A DNA stretch of 63,810 nucleotides, the filler included, from Lenisia limosa (taxonomy: Eukaryota; Protista; Breviatea), in assembly GCA_001655205.1 (NCBI GenBank). It is 14 parts of 14 records of this genome, joined end to end, with 100 filler letters (N's around TTAATTAATTAA, not from the genome) between each part and the next. Parts side by side here need not be neighbours in the genome. Positions count along the whole stretch, not along the records: positions 1 to 9,697 come from LPNZ01002366.1; positions 9,798 to 11,704 come from LPNZ01002821.1; positions 11,805 to 25,564 come from LPNZ01011699.1; 11 more parts are not named here. One strand, given 5' to 3'. The notes under the pieces were generated by a model. The model saw only the letters and a list, made by a program, of their open reading frames with translations, was not told the origin of the DNA and ran no database searches. Positions within the stretch are counted from its first letter, which is position 1. The number at the start of each line of letters is the position of its first letter. The translations under genes were made by a program, and so were the position numbers. This document shows positions 1 to 12,286 of the stretch, piece by piece.

Positions 1-2039
1 GAGTCCTCACGGCACCCAGTACACTCATCAGAAGAAGGCCCACTGCATTTAGCACATGAATTGTGGCAGGCTGTGAGGGATAATAAGACCGAGACGTTTC
101 AGTAACAGATGACGATGTAAATTGCTTCCATAATAATTTAACATTGTCTCTTTTTATTTTAAAATAGTTTAACATTTTCTCTTTTTATTCACGCAAAAAA
201 TTTAACATTGTCTCTTTATAGTCCCAACATTGACTATTTTATATCCATGTGCATACACCCCCTCCTCCCAAACCATCGCATTTCGAGTCATCAACGGTTT
301 TGGCTGAGCAGGGGATTGCGGTATAGAAGCCGTCTTCACAGTCGGCACAACCTAAATGATCATTCTTGGGGTGTGAGGTAATGTATACATGTACATTAAA
401 AATTAAGAAAACAAGATAAAGGGAGATATTGGATTATAGCCACACTGAAAAAAACGAAAAAACAAAACGAAACAAAACGAAAAACTATAAATAGGGACAC
501 TTCCACATAGGTAGGACATCAACACGACCAGGGCTTCACTTCGGTAACACAAAAGACTGAATTCTCAATAAATCCTCGAAAACAATCGATATGTCCCGCC
601 GTTTGGTGACTGAAGTGTAGTCTTAAAGCAGGGTGGGATGCTAGAAAATTGTGCTAAGACGCCTTTTTTGAAACGAATTACATTTGTTACTATCAGTTTG
701 AAAGATCTAAGCTTTGGCGTAAATCACGTCAAAATACGCCAATCTTAGAGAAAATTGAATCAAAATCCGAGCCAATTTTCTGAATTACCACCCTGCTTTA
801 ATCAAGGCCCATCCCACGTCTACAGCCTCCGGTTTCTGGGTGGACAAAGGTGTTATACCGAAAGCGGCACGGGTTTTGGCAGGATACCCCGGGGGGAATG
901 GTGACGGTCGAATCCACACTGGGCGGGTGAATGCGGTAGGAGAAATAGAAAAACAACACACTGGGGAGTTAAATGGAATATTACAATACTGGACGAGGGA
1001 AAATAGATAAAATGTAACTAAACGAAAACAAAAGCATAACAACTCTAGGGAGTGGAAATGAAAAGTCCATACTGGGGAGTAAATTACTGTTTTTGAAATC
1101 ACTGACAAAATATATAATAAACCCTGATATAGTAACACAAAGTATGATAACAGTTACGAACCAGTGAGAGGGGGGGGGGATGGTGGAAGGATGGAGGGAA
1201 ATAGTAGGGAGTGGATGAAGGAACAAGAGGTGAGGAAGCACTATTCCACACTGCGTGAGAAAATTTTGCGAAGCTAAAAAATCCAGAGTCAATTCTCTTG
1301 GGGAGAAAAGGAAATATCCATATGGGGTAAAATTGAAAAAAATATATAAAACATATGATATTGAGTAAAGTGGAAATCAATATGGCGGAGAGATAAAATG
1401 GAAAATTAAGGCGAGCATTTGTGAAACACACGGGGTTGAAATACAATAAAGCAAACAAAGTGCACAATGGAAAGTTAATACGGGAGGGGTAAAGTTGTAG
1501 AAATAAATCAACTTTGCTGTGTAGCAAATGCTCAGTTATTAGTTTTCTATACTGTTGTCAGAAACATGGATAGGTCATGTCAAAAACAAATAATAATAGC
1601 TCATATATACAGTAGAATTAATCTAGAATGTATTTTCTTCATAATGTATAAAGCTAGCTAGCAATATCGGCATTCAACAAGGGGGTATGAACATATACAC
1701 AAATTCGCACTATCATAAAAAAATAAACTTCACCTACGCATTATCAATGCAGAGACGGCAATGCGATTTCCCACTTGTGACCTAAACACATGAATAAGGC
1801 ACCTCATCTAATGATAGCTACAAATATCGTAATATATTGCTACACACAATTTAGCTTTTGAAGGAAAACTAAAGTCAATATTAACATATAAATTAAATGA
1901 AGCAGAAATAGGCAAAGCAAGTACTTCTGAGCTAAATCGGTACTGCCGCCGCCAGTAGTAGTGGCACTTTTGGAAAGGCTACGATTGTTAATTTATCAAA
2001 CTGCTTGCTGCTACCAATTATTTTCTTTGTTTTTCTCGT

Positions 2040-2720
2040 TTTCTAATGATTTACCGCCACCACGGTCGGTCTTGCCTTCGCTGGTTGACAAGCCTTTGGG
2101 GCATTATGCCAAAGTAAACCAGTAGTCGAAGCTGCGGAACAAGTACGTGACCCGCTCCGAGAATATGAAGGAGTGGAACGCTGCCGAGAAGCTCAACTTT
2201 GCCATGTTGCTGACCCACTTTGATGGAATGGTTGAGGAGATAAATGACCAGGAGCAGCACGAGGGAACGAAGCCCAGGAGTTCGTAAGATGGTAGTGCTG
2301 TTTCTTCAAGTGTATATATTTATTATTTAATAGTAGCGCCCAATTGCCACGAGACCTCCAACAGCCACAACACTGGAGGGTCAGCAGCACATAAGAAGGC
2401 TGATAGGATAATGACACACTGTGTGTAGCTACCACAGGAAGTGGAAAGTCGTTAAAGGAGTTTTGGAGGGTTTACACGATTTTTGTCTTATTCGTGATTT
2501 TAATATGATATGAAAAAAATATCCATCAGATAAATCCGAAAATTGTCCCCAAGGAGGGCAGCAGATAATTAATCAGTCACAATAAAACTCTGATAAACAT
2601 TGCAACTCCGAGAAAATGATTTGATAGGATAATGACACACTGTGTGTAGCTACCACAGGAAGTGGAAAGTCGTTCAAGGAGTTTTGGAGGGTTCAAACGA
2701 TTTAAAGAGACATCACTTAC
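2040..2720 (+). pseudogene. Decayed coding relic with a RecQ/SF2-helicase-like motif I, locally duplicated
   Basis: A codon-biased frame (SKLRNKYVTRSENMKEWNAAEKLNFAMLLTHFDG) is preceded by an in-frame TAG. An ~83-bp block occurs twice (2401-2483, 2622-2703) and reads DNDTLCVATTGSGKS. The upstream GQQHIRRLIG joins it only through a frameshift. Confidence 0.4.
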
Positions 2721-3259
2721 ATACAATTGCTGCTAAGTGGAATCGGCTTTAGGCAGTCTTAAATTTGATGTAAGTGTGAAAGTAAGCGTTTTGTTTTTCA
2801 GGAACAATTCTTTAGCTTTACTTTGAGAAAAATCACCAAAGGTTCTGTTGAGTCCGATTGTCCACTTTCCAAGTGCTTCACTTCGATTCGATTCGATTCG
2901 GTTTCGGTTTAGTCAGTGTTTGTTTGAATATATTTGGGGCTTCTAAACTCAAAAGCACTTGCTATTCAAAGAAGTGATAATTATGTTTGAAAGATCACAT
3001 AATACTATTATATAGAAAAACAACAACAACAAAAAAAAAAAAAACAGGAATTTGAACAATAAAATAAAACAGCAGTGAAATATTCCTTTCGGATATTCTG
3101 AAAGGACGTTTATCTACTTTGGAAAATGATTACACAATTTCGGAGATAATACTTTAACAGAGCAGAGTCCCCCTCCTCATTATAATGATTTGGTGTAGCT
3201 ACATATAGGTTTAAATAAAGTATGTAACACATACAAGATTTTATTCTTTTTTTCAATAT

Positions 3260-5490
3260 TTAATCATGTTTCCAAGCTTTTCTGAGTTGCAGCACACATG
3301 ATATGTTAGCCTTGGCAGTAGATATTTGAAAAAAAAAAACAAACATGATAGCTGTCCAAAATCCGTAAACGCCATCATACAAATATGAGAGATTGAATCA
3401 TAGTGTAACCAACCTCATATCCTGAGAGCTTGCTGCACTCCTCGTATAGCCCAGCAAATTGTTCAATGGCCAAGTTGTCTAAAAAAAGTGTTAAAGCACA
3501 TGTTTTGACACCTAATATTAAGAGAGTCACATCCAATACAAAAAAAGACCAGAAACCAGCATCCATATAACTTATTCAAAAAGAACATATCTGAGTACAG
3601 CCCAACCCCTACCGCCAAGAGCTTCCGCGAGGGCGTCGTCTGGAACTAAAGTTGCTGGCAGCCAAGGTGGCCTGGTGACTGTGAAGCGTTAGAGAGAATG
3701 ACTGAAATATTTTTTTTAGTTTTATTTCAGAAAAATTACACTTTTCTTCCAGTAAACATAAATTTCCGAACTAAACATATAGGATATGTCTTTTGCCTTT
3801 CATGATCAGATCTCTTCGGAAAAATCGGTTAAAAGACTCACCGCATGCCTGTCTAAGAAAAAAAGTAAAAAAAAGGACAATCCCCAATGAAAATGTCCAA
3901 CACGCAACTATTTAGAAGGGAAATGATAAAAGCAACTTCGCTCACCTGATTGAACTCCAGCTATTTCCAAAATCGTATCTTGATCAAGAGCCTAAAGTTG
4001 GTTAATTAAAAAAAAAAAACCCACTCACGAATACTAAAACAAAATAATTTCGGATCCAAAACACGTGGATATTCCTCCTGCCCTTGTTTTAATGGAATTT
4101 CGGATCCGAAACACGTGGATACTCCCCTCGTTTTGATAGCATTTCGGATCCAAAACACGCGGATATTCCTCCTGCCTTTGTTTTAATATCATTTCGGAAA
4201 ACATGCGGCATTCCTCCTGCCTTTGTTATTAGGATTCAATCTTCCAAAACAGCTTCCCCCAACCTCTCCATGGAGTACAACCTCAGTAAGGGAACCAGTA
4301 AGCCCCTCGAAGATAACCAGAGAGCAGTCAGGTTGACTAGGCTAGAAGGATCAAAAATGGAAGGTAGTGAAATACATAGTTCTTCAAATTGAAGTGTTAA
4401 ATCTACAAAATAACCCAAATGTAATATGATACCTACCTTTAACTCCATGTATTTATTTGTGAACGAGTGAGTTGAATGTGTTCCATCTGAAAAAAATAAG
4501 TATGTTTAATTACTAATGTAAGATATGTAGAGATGGGAAATAACTACATCTCGATATGTATGTATGTAGTATCTGGTCGAGGCCTCACTGAATAATCACA
4601 AAAATGTCAGCTTATAACACAATGTATCATTGTACAGAATACCATTAATTTCCAATTCCAGAAAAACCAACCTTGATAGGCCACAATCACGGAGCCTTCA
4701 TCATCCCTAACAGTAATACTGATAAAGGTCCACTTGTTCACAAAGTCGTTCATCGGTACCCCCAGTGATTCGTATTTGTCTGAATTGGGTGATGAGGGAA
4801 TCTTTCAACTGGTTCAAAGGTAAATTTGAAACAAAATTCATATTGATAATACTCTCATCATTTTCATTGTTGCATATTACATTAACCAATAGGGGAAATT
4901 GTGAATGAATTAACAACAAACGTAACTACAAAAAGAGAGGAACATTCAACATGTAAAATTTTAATAATGAACACAAATAATAATTATTATAACAACTATT
5001 ATTACACTAATAAGAGAACAACTTAATATACCATTATTACACTACTAAGAGAACAAACTTGTCATACCATTATTAACAAGAGCCAACTCAGAAGAAGACA
5101 TAATGCCAACTCCAAGACCTCCAACAACCTGAAGGGGTAATATAAAGAATGTACATGATATTTCTGAGTCCCTATAAGAGTACCATCAAATGTGATTTGG
5201 CGCTATATAGTAGATTTTGAGCCAAAAATCCGAACCTTGATACTACTTGGGTTGAAAACCAAAGCATTCCGATAGTCTCACCACGACTACCTTAACGATG
5301 GATCCGTGAACAATGTCGTCGAGCTTTAGCCACATTGTGAAGGTGTAGGAGGAGGGACTCAGAACCTATAGGAGTTACTAGAAGCTTCTAAGGATAAAGT
5401 GCAAGTCCGTTTCTATGTGCATTTGAATGAAGCATTAAAGCAAAAAAAGCCATGGAATATATTCGACAACACATCATTATTCGGACAGTA

Positions 5491-5521
<31 letters not shown>

Positions 5522-6930
5522 CAAAACAAAACAAAACAAAACAAAACAAAACAAAAAAAAATTCTCAAAAAGAAAAAAAAAAATTCATAATCAGGTAACC
5601 ATGGTCAATTCAATGTGAGCAGACCTCAGATGAGCATTCATAATTGGAGTCAATGGTGATGGATTGCGCAGTGGAAACGTCTGAAAAGTGATTAATTTTT
5701 TTTTTGTAAAAAAAAAATCTACTTGCTTGTTGAAATAAGAGCTTTCTGTCGAGATAAAGACACATTGCAGCTCAATTAACCAATGTTGTTTTGTTGACAT
5801 ATCAAGGTAATTTATATGGTTTTAACATGACTTCAGCATATGATCAACTTGGTGGGAAAAGAGAGTAATCACGAAAAAGCTAACAAACAAAATAAGACAA
5901 ATTATATTGAGATCTTTGATTTAAAACTGAATCTGTTTACTATCAATTGCTTACCTAATAATCAATAACCTAACTCAAAACTATTTAATAGCCTTCATCA
6001 CCCCCCATACATGCCGCGGGGAGATTTGAGAGGTGCAGAATCGCTTTGGGACCTGTCGTAGCCGTCTGAAGGAATGTGAACGAATTATTACAAAAATAAC
6101 AACACACATACAAAAAAAGTACTCTTTTAACAAATACCGGACCCCCCCTTTCTTAAAAAAAATAAAGAATAGTAAAAAAATAATAATAAACAAAAATTCA
6201 CACAGGATAAATAATTACGACCCCACTTCGGTCCAAAAACGTAAACATTCATCGAGAAAGTATCGAAAACTGTGGGACCGAAGTGACAATTAACCCATAT
6301 TCCATAACATTGAAATATGATGAAAGCGTCATAGTATTACAAATAGGGCTTCGCTTCTGTTCGAAAAATACTGGTAAAATATCGATAGTTTTCAGGATTT
6401 ATCGATAAATTCAGTCTTTTTTCGAACCGAAGTGAAGCCCAAATCACAAAAACGCCTACCACTGCCGGGTCAGAGGACGGGCTAGTGTTCTCAGTCCAGG
6501 CTTCAAGGAGCTTGGTGTTGTCGTTGTTGGGGGTGACGTAGTAGCGATAGTTGTGCACTTTTGTCCGCTAAATGGTTAGTTGAGTAGCTGGATTAAAATT
6601 CTCTCTATTTTAATATTTTGGGAGTGAATCCTTCTATCACAAGGTTTATTTCTCTTAATAAAGATGAGTGGTCAACGTTTTCGGAGTAGGCACGATCTAA
6701 CAATATCCCAAATTTTACCCCTCATATCATCTTCATTTTGAAATCAGTTCTTAACATTAATAACTTGTAAAACACTTTTTGTGTACAAAAAAAGAGCCAA
6801 CAATAAAACACCCTCCCCCCCAATCATACCACTTCGTGTATATGTGTGGTAGTGGGACCCACACCGAAGATTTCAAAGTATTCCTGCATGCCGCGACCGG
6901 TTATCTTTTCTACTGCAGCCTTTGAGGATT
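3260..6930 (-). CDS. Multi-exon gene of unknown function; one exon is weakly LamG/concanavalin-like; 5' end not defined
   Basis: GT-AG exons, several with matching phases: AAVEKITGRGMQEYFEIFGVGPTTTHIHEV, RTKVHNYRYYVTPNNDNTKLLEAWTENTSP, VLSPSSYTFTMWLKLDDIVHGSIVK, PSQPDCSLVIFEGLTGSLTEVVLHGE, ALDQDTILEIAGVQSG, GVKTCALTLFLDNLAIEQFAGLYEECSKLSGYE. Confidence 0.55.
6346..6440. mobile_element. MITE family A (~95 bp, TIR GGGCTTC(A/C)CT..., TA-flanked); representative copy
   Basis: Inverted termini gggcttcgcttctgttcgaaaaa / ttttttcgaaccgaagtgaagccc. Related copies lie at ~531, 10879, 21762, 26113, 30719, 32520, 34450, 38300, 38965, 42410, 43852 and 47185. Confidence 0.85.
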
Positions 6931-7381
6931 AGGGAAGGGTTGTACAGGAGTTTTTTTTTTATTTCGAATCAGAAGTTGTCAATGTAGACCAACGAATCCC
7001 TCGGTTTTCATAATAAAAGGGACAGTGATAGATATTCACAGAATCTTGGGAAAAAAAGGATCAAAAGGACATCCTACGGATCGTATATGATGATAAGTAC
7101 GCTGAGCGATAATTTTTGACAATATAAAGATTAAATCTCAATATTGGTTGCAGACTAAGTGTATCTTAAACCTTGAATCTTAATATCCATCTCACCAATT
7201 GCGCAGCATACATGAAATCGTCTCCTTCTAGGTTACGCTTTACTCTAGAAAGATAAAAAGCAAAAAAAAAAAGTATTGAGACAAATAAAGACAGTATCAG
7301 GATAAAAATAACAAAGCTTAGAGAACTTGAAATTGAAAAAAATATCCAAGAATTGAGGACAAGTTATCTTGATAGTTGGCA

Positions 7382-8592
7382 GACCCATGTTGTTTCATTC
7401 AAAGATGGATCCTTTTTCGCAAAGGGGAAGGGGACCACCAAGGTCTGAGAAACGCTGGTGATTAAGATTGAAATACGCGCTTTCAGCGCTTCAGGAGCAG
7501 TATTGTATCTCCGAGGTAGAATGTAAATATATTTAATTCAATTTTTTTACCGGGAACACATGCTGGATGACCGCAGCTCTTCAAGCCATCTCGCCTTTCA
7601 TTCAGCCCAACTCATGTGTTAGTTATTGATTCATTCTATTCTTTTCATTGACTATTATTTGTCTGATGCCTAATAATTATTAAGGCGAACACTTCTCTCA
7701 CTCTCACTCTAATGCTTGTTTCAACTTTCATCATCTCTCTTGTCATTTTTTTTTTGGTTTTTAGCCACCCCCTCCACTGACAAGGAAACGTTTGCTTCCT
7801 CCATGGATTTGACTTGATTAGACGGCCAATGGAGTTCAAGGATGTTGCTGACCGCATGTTCGCGAATGATAAGGAGTTTGAAGCCTTTCTGGAAAGAGCA
7901 TCACGTCAGGTTTGCAGTGTCATAGTTTGGAAGTTTAACTATGAAATCTAAATAATTCTTGGAAACTGATTTGATTTTTGATATTTCACACCCCAGGGTG
8001 TGCACGAAGTTCTGACCCATCTTGGAGGAGACCTCACCAAAGGCACCCTCGGTTGATCTCTCGGACGGTAATTACAATTGCCCTTCTTGATGATGCTGAC
8101 TCTTCAGAACATCCTGTGAAGTTCAACTTTCCGAACTCACTGCAATCGAACCTGGTTGTCCTGCCCCTGAAAAAACTCCAAGAAAGCTCGAAGCGCGGTC
8201 GGGTACTTTATCGCAGCATCTAACGGGGAAAGGGTTAAAATTATCGCCAGAATCCACTGATAATTTAATTTCGTCTCTTTGTTGTGATTTACTGATCTTT
8301 CTTACCATACCAAAATTGCATACAAACTCTTATTACAGGTTTTCTTTGTTTCTTACTCAACCCAACTTATCATTGGTTGGGTCCACTGGGACCTTTTAAA
8401 GGAATTGATGGGACGTTTCCTCTCATCTGCGTTGATTCAATCAAACAAATCATTGCCGACATCGCCGAGCTATTGGAGATCCAGTCAGTCATCAGACCAG
8501 GTGACAACGGGTCCCACAAGACGGAATGGTCAATTAAGTTCATCCTTGGCCGAGAAGCCTTTAAAACCACAGTCTGCTTTGTCAAAATCTGA
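7382..8592 (+). pseudogene. Ubiquitin-specific protease (peptidase C19)-like relic
   Basis: GLRNAG (7442-7457) plus NTCWMTAALQAI (7555-) gives a USP Cys box. A later RQ|GVHEVL resembles the QQDAHE motif. In-frame TGA codons, an acceptor reading CG instead of AG, and no His box seen. Confidence 0.6.
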
Positions 8593-8656
8593 GATTACAA
8601 TTCAATGATTTGAATTTTATGTTCTAACCCAACTAGCAATGTATTGGATTATTCCA

Positions 8657-9697
8657 TTACATGTGGCACTTGAGCTCGACCTTGATCAAGCGACGCCTCC
8701 CAATACATTTATATAAACTCTCGAAGTCCGCTGTGTTTGCAGTAATAGAGAGGGCGTATTCAGCGTCATTTCTGTTGTACCGCGAAATAAAGGGATTTGC
8801 GTTGAATTGGTTATTCAACTGTGTGGATGCTGTGGTGTTGACAAATTCACACCACATTTTGTCGGCATAATTAAAAATATGTTGTCAACTAGTTAGTACA
8901 AGTTATTTTAATAAGAGTAAGATAGGAAGGTAAATCTTTTGGTGAAAAAGAAAGAAAACATCTTAAAGATCAGAATGAATACTGGTGAAAAAACAAAACA
9001 AATAAAATCAAATTGTCCCCGGCCAACTTAGTATTGTAGTAGAGCGCGGGTCTGAAGGATTCGTCCCAACCGAAGCCGTTACCAATGGAGTTCCAAAATT
9101 GGAGACGCTGGACGGATGAAAAATCAATATTATTCTTCAAGAAATTTTTATTGCATGTATTTGAAGAGGAAGTTTGTGAAATACTATCAACTATATAGTG
9201 ACGCCAGTCTTCTGTAACCTTGCTTGTCAATAATTTTCAATAATATTGGCAATACCTCAAACGCGCCCAGGTCAGCCCATGCAGATGCGGGTGAAGGGAG
9301 CGTGATGGAAGATAGTTTACCCTGTTGGTTATAATCAAAAATTTGATTATAAACATATAAACATAAAAATATATTGTATAAATAAAATATATGAATTCAT
9401 ATACAATAATAGCATTATTGTTTTTTCTTACAGTTTCAAAAAGAGAAATAAAATTGTTAAGGTTTGGGATAATGTATTGAGAATTTCATCTGTATTTGGA
9501 CATGGAACTGAACTCAGGTTGGTATTTAATAGTACATGTCAGAATATGAAGTCATTCTAAATCAAATATTGGCATCACCCACCTTGTTCACAAAATCACA
9601 GCGATCATTGATGACCCCCAGGGCTTGGTACACATAACAGACATGAACGTTTGTGGAGCACTGTGGTAATTAGCGCTTAGCATACCGTATACAAGAT
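8657..9697 (-). CDS. Multi-exon gene fragment of unknown function, 5'-truncated by contig end
   Basis: Exons GKLSSITLPSPASAWADLGAFE|VTEDWRHYI|RLQFWNSIGNGFGWDESFRPALYYNT and LNNQFNANPFISRYNRNDAEYALSITANTADFESLYK with GT-AG boundaries. Confidence 0.5.
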
Positions 9698-9797
9698 NNN
9701 NNNNNNNNNNNNNNNNNNNNNNNNNNNNNNNNNNNNNNNNNTTAATTAATTAANNNNNNNNNNNNNNNNNNNNNNNNNNNNNNNNNNNNNNNNNNNN
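9698..9797. other. Artificial contig spacer (44N-TTAATTAATTAA-44N), first of 13
   Basis: The same 100-bp spacer with six-frame stops starts at 9698, 11705, 25565, 30205, 31518, 32731, 36466, 39247, 41513, 48015, 49938, 51129 and 54839. Confidence 0.98.
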
Positions 9798-10389
9798 ATA
9801 GCTCACTATACGATTATACCTGTGTACGGTCAACCTCCGGATATTTATGATCCAAGTTTCAATAGAGACTTAAAATATACACCTGACAAACCTCGGGATT
9901 AGTTCCGTCATTAGCCTTGTGCTCTGCTGCCATTTCAATAAAGTCGGCCCTGGGGTGGGGGTGAGGGATGAAATGAGGGAAAATTACTGGTTATTAAACT
10001 CGGATTTTCTCAAGGACGTGGAAGAGAAGTGAAAGGAGGGAGGAAAGATGTGTTATAATGAAAAAGTATCCAATATTTATGNNNNNNNNNNNNNNNNNNN
10101 NNNNNNNNNNNNNNNNNNNNNNNNNNNNNNNNNNNNNNNNNNNNNNNNNNNNNNNNNNNNNNNNNNNNNNNNNNNNNNNACAATGAATGAGTATCTTTTG
10201 TGTCCCTTGATTCTTAGTAATGTTGTACATGTTTATGTACATAATAATAATTTACCTTAACAACTCACTACACACAGCTTTCTACGTGCCAATACCTATT
10301 ACAATTTCTCCCAGAAAAACAAATCAAAACAGCCCTAAAAATGATTACTTTATCCCCCCCACTGCTGCAGTTTTGGCATTTCGAATACG

Positions 10390-11704
10390 GAAAAAGCGGG
10401 GCCAAGAGCACCAACCTCCGTGTCGCCAGCTGCCGGAGGTGAGATATAGTGATGATGATGAGGGGGCTGAAGGTTCTGCTGTGTGTGTGGGGGAGGTATA
10501 TACAGTGACCGGGATAAGTCCTGACGAAATTGCTCTGTGATTTCGCAAGAAAAAAGGTCAAGACTTTTCCAGGTCACTACTTCTTAGTGTTAAATACTCT
10601 ACTCTATTACTATGGATAATGATTGTAACTTTGTAAACACAGTTTACTGCGCTGTTACTGTTTCTTCTGTACCCTCCATGCTCACCACTATGAAGAACAA
10701 CGTGGATATGTTTGAGCAAGTTGCGAACACACAACGCTGCTGAATTGGGGGAAGAAAGAAGGGATTCATCGATGGACGTTGCACGCATCTAGTATACAAG
10801 GTTAGTAGGGGCAACTAAGACGGTAATGGTGATGGTGGTGAGGGGTAGAGCTAATAGTATTTCAAAAAAAGATAACAAGGGCTTCACTTTCTTTCGGAAA
10901 AAACTGGAAAAATATCGATAGTTTTCGAGGATTTATCGAGATTTTATTTTCAGTCTTTTTTTTGAACCGAAGTATCAAACAGTTACGAACTAGTGAGATG
11001 GGGTGAGTAAAACTGGAAAATTTATGAAACAAAAAAAGCCCAAAATTAACTCACGGTATTGACAGCAATTTGGGTAATTTCCTTCACTTCATCCTCGTCG
11101 AGGGTGTCAGGCGGAATCTGAGGGGAAGGACGGTTAAAATAGCAGGTTCTTATATTGGAGATTTTCCAAGGACGTGTGAGAACGGGAGTAGAAACAAGAT
11201 GATTAATAGGAGTCCGGCAATTAGGTGTTTGAAGATTTCAATTGGAAAATTAGAATTTAAAGTGTCTGAAATGCGTTGGCGGTACCTGCTTTAACCCCCC
11301 CCCCCAGACCAGGCCATGCGGAAGCGCAACGAAGAGGCTCAGCAGCAAGGGGCATGAAGCCGCTGACGTCACCACGTCAAGCACCACTTCATGGCCTGCT
11401 ACGGCTCTTTTAATGGCGTTTTTGGCCATGTCTAGTGCGGCGGCGTGATCGTCTAGATGAACTTGTTCGTATTGAATACTGAGGATTAAAAAATTTCAAT
11501 GTACCCCCCTCTCTACAAAACACAAGAAATCAGTCATAAATCAGTCATAAATCACATAAAACAGGCAAAAAACACACCAAAAGGCACAAAAAAAAAACAC
11601 AAAAAGACACAAAACAAGCGAAAAACATGAAACACGCTCACCTCAGAATAGCGGCAGCCATGGCAGGAAGAAGGGGCATGCCTGCGCGCAGGTGTTGGTT
11701 GGTC
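10390..11704 (-). CDS. Multi-exon gene fragment, unknown function (predicted helical)
   Basis: Exons HLRAGMPLLPAMAAAIL|, IQYEQVHLDDHAAALDMAKNAIKRAVAGHEV and IPPDTLDEDEVKEITQIAVNT| with GTGAG donors. Confidence 0.4.
10503..10578. mobile_element. MITE family D copy (CAGTGACC-type TIR)
   Basis: TA-cagtgaccgggataagtcctgac ... gtcaagacttttccaggtcact; similar to the copies at 36810 and 37875. Confidence 0.7.
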
Positions 11705-12286
11705 NNNNNNNNNNNNNNNNNNNNNNNNNNNNNNNNNNNNNNNNNNNNTTAATTAATTAANNNNNNNNNNNNNNNNNNNNNNNNNNNNNNNNNNNNNNNN
11801 NNNNCCATAATTGTATAGTATTTTACCCTTAGGGCACCACCCCGTGGCGAGCTGACCCAAATATTTCTCCTCTTATTTCCAGCTTATTCAGAATTTTTCT
11901 CTTGATCACATCCCACCTTATTTACACACTTAAGCCCACGTTTTGTCACATTTTTCATTTATAGGGTGATATTTTCTATGGATCATCGATCTAATGGGTT
12001 GGTTTGTTTTGGTTTTTGTGCTGGTTTTTGTGTTGTTTAGATTGCTAATTACGTTTTTTCAAGTTTTTTAATTACTCTGAGAGGTGAGAAGGAAGAGGAA
12101 GATGGTTCTCTACTCTGTTTAATTTTAAACTAGCTCACTTAGGCTCTTCTTCAGCCTATCTGCCAACTAGCATCATATGTAACCGAGATGTAACATTAAA
12201 AACCACTAACATCAAATGTAACCGAGATGTAACATTAAAAACCATTCCGTTGAGGGTCATAGCTTACTCATGTAGTCACCTTCATA

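Noticed and set aside
4236-4448. Leucine-rich-repeat reading of ORF (LVNLTALWLSS)
   Set aside because: Another frame (PSQPDCSLVIFEGLTGSLTEVVLHGE) has proper splice sites and phase-matches the next exon.
2100-8100. Alternative genetic code suggested by in-frame TAG/TGA in contig 1
   Set aside because: The conserved genes read (CCDC39, DDX42, kinase, PAQR, H3) show no in-frame stops and end on TGA, TAA or TAG. One apparent stop (~5215) is just an acceptor TAG.
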